A stretch of DNA of 64,000 nucleotides from Candidatus Latescibacterota bacterium (GTDB lineage: Bacteria > Latescibacterota > UBA2968 > UBA8231), in NCBI GenBank assembly GCA_965221775.1, contig CBDCSU010000006.1, positions 1 to 64,000 on the forward strand. The letters are read 5' to 3'. Both the position numbers and the translations under genes were made by a program. The notes under the pieces are model-generated. The model saw nothing but the letters and a program-made list of their open reading frames with translations, was not told where the DNA came from and searched no databases. This document shows positions 46,967 to 55,300 of the stretch, piece after piece. Position 1 is the stretch's first letter, and each line of letters begins with the position of its first letter.

Positions 46967-47857
46967 ATGAAACGCTTTGTCCTGTGTGCGTCGCTGGTCG
47001 TCGCCGTATCCGCCGGTGCCCACAATCCGCCGGGAGAGCTGTTCTTCGCCGCTCAGTTCCCCGACAACCTCGTGCCCCAGATGGACGGCGATCTGTCCGA
47101 CTGGGACATCGTGCCCATCGATGGCCCATACTGGGTCGGCAACGACCGGCTCTACTCCCCCGTGGCCGACATCCAGCCGGTGGGCCGGGGCGAGATCGAC
47201 GCCAGCGATATCAACATCCGCAACATCATCGGCTGGAACGACAACCTCAACAAGCTCTACTTCGCCACCTCCGTGTTCGACAACGTCCACAACCTGGACC
47301 GCGAGAACCCCTCGGCCTTCTGGCAGGACGACGCCTGGGAGGTGGAGGTCAATCCCGACCACACGCCCACGGAGGAGCACAACCTCGAGGGCGAGCCAGC
47401 CAACAATTTCAGCTACAAGTGGGCCGTGCCCCCTGTGGAAGGCGCCTACCAGTTCTACCGTCCCAACCGGGCCATCCCCTGGTTCGTCGACGGTTCCCAG
47501 TGGATCGAGTTCGGCTGGGACTTCGACGGCGACCAGTTCGGCGAGAGCACCTACTACTACGAACTGGCCATCACCCCCATCCTGAGCATGCCCAGGGGTG
47601 ACGACGTCGACGAGAGCAGCGTCGTCGTCCACGACCTCTCGGAGGAAGAGGTCATCCACATCTCCGTGACCGTAGGCGACTTCGATGAGCCTTGCACCGA
47701 GTGCGCCCTGGAGAGCTACCAGGGCTTCTGGACGATGTCGCCCGAGAGCTGCTGCACCGCCACCAACGACGTCGTCATGGCCCAGGTGGAGCCCTCCATC
47801 GCCGCCCTGACCGCCGTCGAGGACATCAGCTGGGGCCAGATCAAGGCCGCCCACTGA
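46967..47857 (+). CDS. Acidic secreted CBM9/DOMON-like protein with C-terminal TAVExxSWGxIK tail (296 aa)
   Basis: AGGAGG RBS, signal peptide. PQMDGDLSDW, GWND..NKLY, DAWEVEV, YYYELAI. Ends TAVEDISWGQIKAAH. Confidence 0.8.
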   Translation: MKRFVLCASLVVAVSAGAHNPPGELFFAAQFPDNLVPQMDGDLSDWDIVPIDGPYWVGNDRLYSPVADIQPVGRGEIDASDINIRNIIGWNDNLNKLYFATSVFDNVHNLDRENPSAFWQDDAWEVEVNPDHTPTEEHNLEGEPANNFSYKWAVPPVEGAYQFYRPNRAIPWFVDGSQWIEFGWDFDGDQFGESTYYYELAITPILSMPRGDDVDESSVVVHDLSEEEVIHISVTVGDFDEPCTECALESYQGFWTMSPESCCTATNDVVMAQVEPSIAALTAVEDISWGQIKAAH

Positions 47858-47868
47858 ACAAGCACCGC

Positions 47869-49581
47869 TTGCGCCGCCGCATCCGTGGCAGCGACTCCTC
47901 CCCCGGGCGCCTGCTCCAGGCGCCCGGGGGCTTTTTCTTTGCCCTGGCGACAATCCCCTCCCTGCTGTCGTGCGCCGACCCGGTCCCGGACCGGGCAACG
48001 GAGGGAGGCCCGCTGTTCGTCGACGTGGCCGACGATGCGGGGCTGCACCGGCCCCACGTGGGCGGCACGGCGGAGAAGGGCTACATCGTGGAGGCCAAGG
48101 GTGGAGGCGTCGCCGTCCTCGACGCCGAGGGCGACGGCGATCTCGATCTCTACTGGGTGAATGGGGCGACGCTGGAAGATCCCCTGGGGGCGGGAAACGC
48201 CCTCTACCGCAACGACGGCAAGGAGGGGTTCCGCGATGTGGCCGCCTCCGCGGGCGTCGTGGGCCGCGGCTGGGGCATGGGGGCCCTCGCCGCCGACTTC
48301 GACAACGACGGTGACTCCGACCTCCACGTCACCTGCCTCACCCACAACCTGCTGTTCCGCAACGACAGCGGCCGCTTCGCGGAGTGGGGGTCCCGGGCCG
48401 GTGTGGACCTGCCCCTGTGGAGCACGGGAGCAGCGGCCGGCGACTACGACCTGGACGGGGATCTCGACCTCTACGTGGCCAACTACGTGGACTTCGACCC
48501 CGACAGCGTCGCCCACCTCGGCACCCGCTGGAAGGGTGTTCCCGCCTTCATCGGCCCCCTGGGCCTGCGCGCCCTCCCCGACCGCCTCTACCGCAACGAG
48601 GGCGACCGGTTCACCGACGTGAGCGCTCCCTCCGGCGTGACCGGCGTGGACCCGGGTTACGGGCTGGGCGTGCTCTTCGCGGACCTCGACGTCGACGGCG
48701 ATGCCGACCTCTACGTGGCCAACGATTCGTCGCCCAACTTCCTCTTCAGCAACGATTCGCGTGGCCGGTTCAGCGAGACGGGCCTGGGGGCGCGCGCAAG
48801 CCACGGCGCCATGGGCAACGCCCAGGCCGGCATGGGGGTCGCCGCCGGCGACTTCGACGGCGACGGACTCCCCGACCTGCTGGTGACCAACTTCGACGAC
48901 GACTACAACACCCTCTACCAGAACCGGGGCGGCGCCACCTTCGAGGATGTCAGCTTTGCCGCCGGCCTGGGGCGCGAGGGCCTCCCCTTCGTCGGTTTCG
49001 GGGCCGCCTTCCTCGACTACGACCGCGACGCCGACCTCGATCTCTTCGTCGCCAACGGCCACGTCTACCCCCAGATCGACACGTCGGGCACGAACTCGAC
49101 GTACGCCCAGGCCGATCACCTCTTCGCCAACGTCTCGGGCCGCTTCGAGCGGGTCCTCCACGACGGTTCGGACCCCTTCGGCCCGCCTCGAGTCAGCCGC
49201 GGAGCGGCGGCCCTCGACTTCGACGACGACGGCGACCTCGACCTGTTCGTGGCCCACCTCGACGACAGGCCCGCCCTCTACCGCAACGACGCGCCGGGAG
49301 GCAACTGGCTGGGACTCCGGCTGGTGGGTGTTCGCAGCAACCGGGAGGGGATCGGGGCCCGGGTGGCCGTCCACGCCGGAGGCCAGCGGCAGGTTCGTGA
49401 GAGCCGGCGCGGCAGCAGCTTCCTCGGCAGCGAGGACCCACGCCTCCACTTCGGGCTGGGCGCGGCCACTCTCGTCGACAGCCTGACCGTCCACTGGCCC
49501 GGGGGCGGCGTGCAGGTCCTCACCGCCGTCTCGCCGAATCAGTACCTGGTTGTGACACAAGCGGCTTCCGCCAGCCGTTGA
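47869..49581 (+). CDS. CRTAC1/ASPIC-UnbV FG-GAP protein, probable lipoprotein (start uncertain)
   Basis: LFVDVA, YIVEAKGGGVAVLD, GWGMGALAADFDND, AGMGV, NGHVYPQ, SEDPRLHFGLG; LLSC lipobox. Confidence 0.85.
   Translation: MRRRIRGSDSSPGRLLQAPGGFFFALATIPSLLSCADPVPDRATEGGPLFVDVADDAGLHRPHVGGTAEKGYIVEAKGGGVAVLDAEGDGDLDLYWVNGATLEDPLGAGNALYRNDGKEGFRDVAASAGVVGRGWGMGALAADFDNDGDSDLHVTCLTHNLLFRNDSGRFAEWGSRAGVDLPLWSTGAAAGDYDLDGDLDLYVANYVDFDPDSVAHLGTRWKGVPAFIGPLGLRALPDRLYRNEGDRFTDVSAPSGVTGVDPGYGLGVLFADLDVDGDADLYVANDSSPNFLFSNDSRGRFSETGLGARASHGAMGNAQAGMGVAAGDFDGDGLPDLLVTNFDDDYNTLYQNRGGATFEDVSFAAGLGREGLPFVGFGAAFLDYDRDADLDLFVANGHVYPQIDTSGTNSTYAQADHLFANVSGRFERVLHDGSDPFGPPRVSRGAAALDFDDDGDLDLFVAHLDDRPALYRNDAPGGNWLGLRLVGVRSNREGIGARVAVHAGGQRQVRESRRGSSFLGSEDPRLHFGLGAATLVDSLTVHWPGGGVQVLTAVSPNQYLVVTQAASASR
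47900..47940 (+). terminator. Rho-independent terminator
   Basis: 14 bp stem CCCCCGGGCGCCTG/CAGGCGCCCGGGGG followed by CTTTTTCTTT. Confidence 0.85.
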
Positions 49582-49606
49582 CAGGTCGAACCCCTCCCCG
49601 TAACGT
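49578..49606 (+). promoter_or_regulatory. Putative sigma70 promoter
   Basis: TTGACA-17 bp-TAACGT, followed by a GGAGG RBS and ATG 49631. Confidence 0.6.
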
Positions 49607-49630
49607 GGTCGCAACGCCAGGGAGGATCCG

Positions 49631-50416
49631 ATGCTTGCCGAGACCGTCCACCGCCGACTGCCTACCTGCCTCCAGGGCCTGCGGGCTGCCACGGCGGTCC
49701 CAGCCCTCGCCTTGGCGCTGCTCACCGCCTGCGGGGGCGGCTACCACCACTACGCCGGCCCCTTGCGTCCCATCGACGACCAGGACCCCGCCATGACGAT
49801 CGCCGATGACGGCGGCGTCACCTACGTGCAAGGCCGGCTCGAGGTCCGGATGCGGCCCCTGACCGATGAAGAGCTGAACCGGCAGTTCGCCTCCCTGTCG
49901 AACTCGGGACCGCGGTCGACCAACCCCTACACCTTCGGCGACCACCAGTTCTACGAGGGCCAGGAGACCCGCCAGCGCTTCACGGTCTTCAGCCTCGGCG
50001 TCAAGAACTACGCCTACCCCAAGGTGCAGCTCGACCCGACACGCATCGAGCTGGCCGCGTCCAACGGGCGCACTTACTGGAGCCTCCGCCACAAGCAGCT
50101 CGAGCGCTACTACCGGGCCTACGCCATCGGCTTCCGGGGCAACGAGTACGCCCGGTTCCGGGCGCGCCAGGATCTGCTGCTCAACACGATGTTCCCCTCC
50201 GAGCCGATCTTCAGCGGCCAGGAGGTCGGCGGATTCGTGGTCTTTCCCGCCCTCCATCCCGACGTGGACCACATGCGGGTCGTCCTCCACGGTGTCAACC
50301 TGCGCTTCGACTACCGCAACGAGCCGGTCGAGAGCGTCGACATCGCCTACGAGTTCGTGCGCGACGTGGGCCGCCTCTACGCCGACGGCACCGTGGAGCT
50401 CACGGCGCGGGACTGA
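49631..50416 (+). CDS. Hypothetical lipoprotein, paralogue of 25396..26175
   Basis: Lipobox LTAC. Motifs STNPYTFG, RFTVF, PKVQLDP, ERYYRA, GNEY. Confidence 0.82.
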   Translation: MLAETVHRRLPTCLQGLRAATAVPALALALLTACGGGYHHYAGPLRPIDDQDPAMTIADDGGVTYVQGRLEVRMRPLTDEELNRQFASLSNSGPRSTNPYTFGDHQFYEGQETRQRFTVFSLGVKNYAYPKVQLDPTRIELAASNGRTYWSLRHKQLERYYRAYAIGFRGNEYARFRARQDLLLNTMFPSEPIFSGQEVGGFVVFPALHPDVDHMRVVLHGVNLRFDYRNEPVESVDIAYEFVRDVGRLYADGTVELTARD

Positions 50417-50426
50417 TTCCCCGGGC

Positions 50427-51614
50427 GTGGACGTGGCGACCTCCGCCGAGTTCTACACCTACCCGTGGGACCTGTCGGATGAGGGCGTCGAGGCGGCCTC
50501 CGGGGTGATCGCCGACACCCTCGGCCCCGGAGGCGGCGTGCTCCTGACCCTCAGCTACCACGTCTCCACCTACTTCTCTCCCCACAACCCGACGCGGAAG
50601 ATCTACTTCGGGGAGGAAGGCGCCGTCTATTTCCAGCCCGACGAGGGCCTCTACGGCCGCACCGAAATCCGCCCCCTCGTATCCCATCTCGTCAGCGGCC
50701 CCGACTACATGCCCGGCCTGGTGCGCGGCATCGGCGAGAGCGGGCTGGAGTTCTCCGCCTGGGCGATCTACCTCTACAACCACCACCTCTCCCAGGCCTT
50801 CCCCGGCACGGCCCGGCGCGACTGCTTCGGCCAGCCCCACCTCGGCCAGTTGTGCCCCGCCCATCCCGACGTGCGCGCCTATGCCGTGGCCCTGACCCGC
50901 GACATGGTCCGCTTCGCTCCGCGGCACGTGCAGATCGAGTCACCCGGCTACCTGGGCTTCGGCTACGGCTTCCGCAACCCGAAGGTGGCCGTGGCCATCG
51001 ACCCCTTGCACCAGTTCCTGATGGGGTTGTGCTTCTGCCGCCACTGCATCGACGCCGCCAACGGCGCCAACCTCGACGGAGAGCGGTTGCGGGCGGAGGT
51101 GGCACGGGATCTGGACCGCGACCTGCGCCCGGACCCGGGGCACGGAGCGGCCCACAAGGGAGACCGGGAGGACTGGATCGAGGGCGCCTACGATGGCCGG
51201 CTCAAGGGCTACCTGGAGGCCCGGGTGGACACCGCCACCTCTCTCTTCGAGGAGGTCTCCGCCGCCGTGCGTGAGGGCGGCGCCGGGGTCACCTTCTTCG
51301 GCTCCCTGGACCGTGGCGTCACCGGCCTCGACCGGCACCGGGTGCTGGCCTGCGTCGACGCCGTGTACACCTCCGTGCCCGGCCCGCCGGAGGAGGCCGA
51401 CCAAGGGGTGCAGCAGCGGCGGGACGAGCTGACGCCGGAGGTGCGCCTGGTCTCCATCGTGCGTCCGGGCGGCTTCGAGAGCGAGTCGTACACCCGGCGG
51501 CTGATCCAGGCCCAGGCCGAGGCCGGGGTGGACGGATTCGCCTTCTACACCTACGGGCAGCTGCGCGAGCATCACCTCCACTGGATCCGGGGAGCCCGTG
51601 ACGCCTGGTCCTGA
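50427..51614 (+). CDS. Putative glycoside hydrolase-like TIM-barrel protein (GTG start 50427 or 50433)
   Basis: FYTYPWDL.DEG, LSYH, LCPAHPDVRAY, CFCRHC, GFAFYTYG. No signal peptide. Confidence 0.65.
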   Translation: MDVATSAEFYTYPWDLSDEGVEAASGVIADTLGPGGGVLLTLSYHVSTYFSPHNPTRKIYFGEEGAVYFQPDEGLYGRTEIRPLVSHLVSGPDYMPGLVRGIGESGLEFSAWAIYLYNHHLSQAFPGTARRDCFGQPHLGQLCPAHPDVRAYAVALTRDMVRFAPRHVQIESPGYLGFGYGFRNPKVAVAIDPLHQFLMGLCFCRHCIDAANGANLDGERLRAEVARDLDRDLRPDPGHGAAHKGDREDWIEGAYDGRLKGYLEARVDTATSLFEEVSAAVREGGAGVTFFGSLDRGVTGLDRHRVLACVDAVYTSVPGPPEEADQGVQQRRDELTPEVRLVSIVRPGGFESESYTRRLIQAQAEAGVDGFAFYTYGQLREHHLHWIRGARDAWS

Positions 51615-53010
51615 GCTGATCCGGCTCTGCCGGTGGACGGCGCCGTGGCTGGTGTGGGCCGGTACGCTGGCCGCGGAAGACGACCACGAGCGGTTCCGCG
51701 GCGGAGACGTCGTCGCACTGGGCGGTCCCGCCCTGCTGCAGGCCCCGGACTCGGTGTCGGCCGCCGACTTCGGATACGTCCCGGCTGCAGAGGCGCCGCG
51801 GGTCGACGCCGTCCTCTACCCGGTCCCGCTGCGGGAGGAGGGCAACCTCTGGTCCCAGTGGGGCGACGGCCTGATCGCCAGCGACGGGCGGTTCTGGTCC
51901 GCCATCGGCGACCACGGCGGCCCCGGGGGCCGCAGCTACGTCTACGCCTACGACCCGGAGGACCGCCGCCTGGAGCTGGTCTTCGACCAGCAGCAACTGC
52001 TCGGGCAGCGGCAGGGGGACTGGGGGTTCGGCAAGATCCACTGCCGCCTGGAGGAGCTCGAGGACGGCCGCATCTGCTGGGGAACCTACTGGGGCAACGC
52101 GCCCCCCGAGGACTGGGAGCAGGAGAACGAGCACCACGGCATGGTGGTCGCCGCCGATCCCGTCTCCCGCCGCCTCGACGTCCTCGGGATCCTCCGGCGG
52201 CCGTACGTGATCCCGGCGGCCATGGCCGACACCCGCCGCGGCCTGTTCTACGCCCTGCCCTGCGACCGCAACTGGCAGGGGCAGGGGTTCGCCGTCTTCG
52301 ACCTGCGCCAGGGGCGCACGATCTACTACGGACATGTGGAGACCGAGGCCAGCCGGCGCTTCGTCCTGGTCGACGAGGCCGGCGGCGGCGCCTGGTTCTC
52401 GGTGCGCCCCGACACGTCACGGCAGGTGTGGCTGGCCCGCTACGACGCGGCCACCAACACCGTGGAGGAGCGCGCCCTGCCCCTTCCCGAGGGCTACGGC
52501 CCCATGCGCGCCGGCACCGAGAAGCGCGACGGCCGCGGCTTGTTCTACGGCGTCTGCGAAGGCCGCCTGGTGCGCATCGACCCGGAGGGGCGAAGCTCCG
52601 AGCCTCTGGGCGCGGTCTGGCCTGACCGAGGGGGCCTCCGCGAGAAAGGCGCGCACCGCGGTGCCTACACCACGGCCCTCGAGATCAGCCCCGGGGGCCG
52701 CTATCTCTACGCCGTGCCGTGGGCCCACGGCCAGGCCTGGAGCCACGGCGCCCCGGTGGTGCAGTTCGACCTGAAGACGCGTCAGCGCAAGGTCCTGGCC
52801 TTCCTCGGCCCCCTCTTCGAGAGCCGCTTCGGCTACCGCGTGGGCGGCTCCTACTGCCTGGAGCTGGACGCCGGCGGCGAGCGTCTGTTCATCGGCATGA
52901 ACGGACAACTGCTCGAGCCGGATGCGCGGCCGCCCGAGAGCGCCTTCGGCCATCCCGCCTGCATGGTCCTCCACATCCCTGCCCCGGAGCGCCTGAATGA
53001 CTCGCCCTGA
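51598..53010 (+). CDS. Secreted hypothetical protein, probable beta-propeller
   Basis: GGAG then GTG; signal-like N-terminus. ASDGRFWSAIGDH, VYAYDP, GKIH, ISPGGRYLY. Confidence 0.7.
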   Translation: MTPGPELIRLCRWTAPWLVWAGTLAAEDDHERFRGGDVVALGGPALLQAPDSVSAADFGYVPAAEAPRVDAVLYPVPLREEGNLWSQWGDGLIASDGRFWSAIGDHGGPGGRSYVYAYDPEDRRLELVFDQQQLLGQRQGDWGFGKIHCRLEELEDGRICWGTYWGNAPPEDWEQENEHHGMVVAADPVSRRLDVLGILRRPYVIPAAMADTRRGLFYALPCDRNWQGQGFAVFDLRQGRTIYYGHVETEASRRFVLVDEAGGGAWFSVRPDTSRQVWLARYDAATNTVEERALPLPEGYGPMRAGTEKRDGRGLFYGVCEGRLVRIDPEGRSSEPLGAVWPDRGGLREKGAHRGAYTTALEISPGGRYLYAVPWAHGQAWSHGAPVVQFDLKTRQRKVLAFLGPLFESRFGYRVGGSYCLELDAGGERLFIGMNGQLLEPDARPPESAFGHPACMVLHIPAPERLNDSP

Positions 53011-53758
53011 GAGACTCCTCGTCCCGTTGCTGGTCCTGGCCTGCAGCCCTCCGCCGCTTCCCGCCGAGCCGATCCCCGACCACGTGCCGCGAGCCGTGGT
53101 GCAGCGCACGGCGGGTCCGATCGCCGTGGACGGCGTCCTCGACGAGCCCTCGTGGGCCGCGGCGCCGATGATCGACAGCTTCGTCTTCCCCTGGTACACC
53201 TCCGGGGCCAAGGACCGCACCGAGGCCCACCTGCTGTGGAACGACGAGGCTCTCTACGTCGCCTTCCGCGCCTTCGACCCCCACATCTCCGCCGTCCACA
53301 CCGAGCGCGACGACCCGGTCTCCAGGGACGACTGCGTCGAGGTCTTCATCGCCCCCGACACGGCCGACGTGAGCATCTACTACAACTTCGAGTTCAACGC
53401 CCTGGGCACGATTCTCGACCGCTCGCCGCGGGACGGGCGCAGCTCCGAGTGGAATGCCGAAGGCCTCCAGGTCGCCATCCGGATCGACGGCACCCTGAAC
53501 CAGGAGGACGACGTCGACAGCCTGTGGACCACCGAGATCGCCATCCCCTTCGACACCTTCGAGGGATTCGCGCCGAGGCTTCCCCCCGAGGACGGCGACG
53601 TGTGGCGCCTGAACCTCTACCGCACGGGCGGCGCCGTGAACCTGCAGTACATCACTTGGTCCGACACGGGCACCGAGAAGCCCCAGTTCCACGCGCCGGA
53701 GGGCTTCGGCGTGGTGCGGTTCTCCGATGGTCCAGTGGGCGCTCGCGGCACTCCGTGA
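52997..53758 (+). CDS. CBM9-like lipoprotein, paralogue of 5937..6782
   Basis: VLAC lipobox. VDGVLDEPSW, DCVEVF, EIAIPF, WRLNLYR, KPQFHAPEGFG. Confidence 0.85.
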   Translation: MTRPERLLVPLLVLACSPPPLPAEPIPDHVPRAVVQRTAGPIAVDGVLDEPSWAAAPMIDSFVFPWYTSGAKDRTEAHLLWNDEALYVAFRAFDPHISAVHTERDDPVSRDDCVEVFIAPDTADVSIYYNFEFNALGTILDRSPRDGRSSEWNAEGLQVAIRIDGTLNQEDDVDSLWTTEIAIPFDTFEGFAPRLPPEDGDVWRLNLYRTGGAVNLQYITWSDTGTEKPQFHAPEGFGVVRFSDGPVGARGTP

Positions 53759-54031
53759 ACGGGCGACGCCTCGAGCCCGGCCGGACTACGGGGGACCCGA
53801 CCCGGAGGTTTGTCCCCATGCAGGGTCGAGGTGATATTCCTCTTCAGCCACCACCGGAACCCGTGATCCCCCGAATTCGCCCCCCGGCGGCGCATCTGTG
53901 ACGAACGCGGTCCGTCGTCACGGACCTTCCGGGACATCTCCCAGGCACCCCGCGGGAGGAGCGCCCCACCCCGAAGGCGGAGACCCCGGCTCCACCGGGG
54001 TTCGTCGGGAGGAGATGCGGAGCCCTGGCGG

Positions 54032-55300
54032 ATGAACTTCCTCCGCGGTTTCTCGCTCACCGCCGTCTCGACCGGACTGGTATACACTCTCGGACTGGCA
54101 AACCAGTGGCTGCTGGCCAACCATCTCGGCAAGAACGGCTACGGGAAGCTGGCCCTGTGGTCCACCGCCGCCGTTGTCGGCGCCACCCTTCTGGGGGAGT
54201 GGCTGCGCCGCGGGACCACCTACGTGGTGGGGCGGGAAGAGGCCGGGGCCGAGGCGCGCGACAACGCGTTGATCTGTCTCCTGGTGCTTCTTGCGGCCAG
54301 CCTGGGGGGCGCCTTCCTCGGCGCCGGAGTGGTCTCTCGCCATCTGGGCCCGGAGGCCCTCTCCTGGTGGCCGCTGCTGGCGGTGCTCCCCACCCTCATG
54401 GTCCTGCAGCGTGCAGGCCAGGCGATCCTGCTGGGCATGGATCGCATCCGCCTGTACGCGGCGGTTCCCGTGATCTTCATCGCCGTCTACCTCGGGGGCA
54501 ACGCGGCGCTCCTGGCCGCGGGCGAGCTGCGCCTGCCGAACGCGCTGATCGCCTGCGCCGGGGGCGCCGGGCTGTCGGGTCTTGCGGCGTTTGCCGCGCT
54601 GAGCGGCTCGGGGAGGTTCACATGGGGCCACCGCCGGCTCCTGCAACGGACCCTGGCCGTGGGATGGCGCGGCGCCGTCTCCGTGTCGCTGGTCCTCCTG
54701 CTCCTGCGGGGGGACATCTTCGTGATCAAGCACTTCCTCGACGATGCCGCCGTCGGCAGCTACCGGGTGGCGCTCAACTTCGCGGAGATGATGCAGCGCG
54801 TGCCCGACGTGGCCGGCGCCGTGCTGCTGGCCAAGGTGGTGCGCGGCGAGGACGGTCAGTTGAGCCTGCGCGTCGCCAGGGGAATTCTGCTGTTCTCCCT
54901 GGTCGCCGCCGTCGCCCTCCTGGCGGCGGGCAGGCCCCTGATCGGCTGGTTCTTCCCACCCTATGGCGAAGCCTTCCTGCCCCTTGCGTGGATGCTGCCA
55001 GGGCTGGTCTTCCTGGGACTGGGCTCGGTCTGCAACACCAAGCTGGCGGGGCAGGGGTATCCTGCGGTCACCATGTGGGCGGCGGCCCTCGCTTTCGCCC
55101 TCAATGTCGGCCTCGGCCTCTGGCTCATCCCCGGGTGGGGACTGGTCGGGGCCGCCTGGTCGAAGTCGATCGCCTACACCGCCTGGGCCTTTCTCATCGG
55201 ACGACGCTACCTGCGCTCCGAGGGCGTTGGGTGGGGCGCGTTTCTCGTCGGTGGTGCGCGGCGCCGGCCATGGACCCGCGAGGCTGATCCCGGATCATGA
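54032..55300 (+). CDS. Oligosaccharide flippase (Wzx/MOP family)
   Basis: About 12 TMs; LGKNGYG, RGDIFVI..F...AVGSY, LIPGWGLVGAA. Confidence 0.85.
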   Translation: MNFLRGFSLTAVSTGLVYTLGLANQWLLANHLGKNGYGKLALWSTAAVVGATLLGEWLRRGTTYVVGREEAGAEARDNALICLLVLLAASLGGAFLGAGVVSRHLGPEALSWWPLLAVLPTLMVLQRAGQAILLGMDRIRLYAAVPVIFIAVYLGGNAALLAAGELRLPNALIACAGGAGLSGLAAFAALSGSGRFTWGHRRLLQRTLAVGWRGAVSVSLVLLLLRGDIFVIKHFLDDAAVGSYRVALNFAEMMQRVPDVAGAVLLAKVVRGEDGQLSLRVARGILLFSLVAAVALLAAGRPLIGWFFPPYGEAFLPLAWMLPGLVFLGLGSVCNTKLAGQGYPAVTMWAAALAFALNVGLGLWLIPGWGLVGAAWSKSIAYTAWAFLIGRRYLRSEGVGWGAFLVGGARRRPWTREADPGS

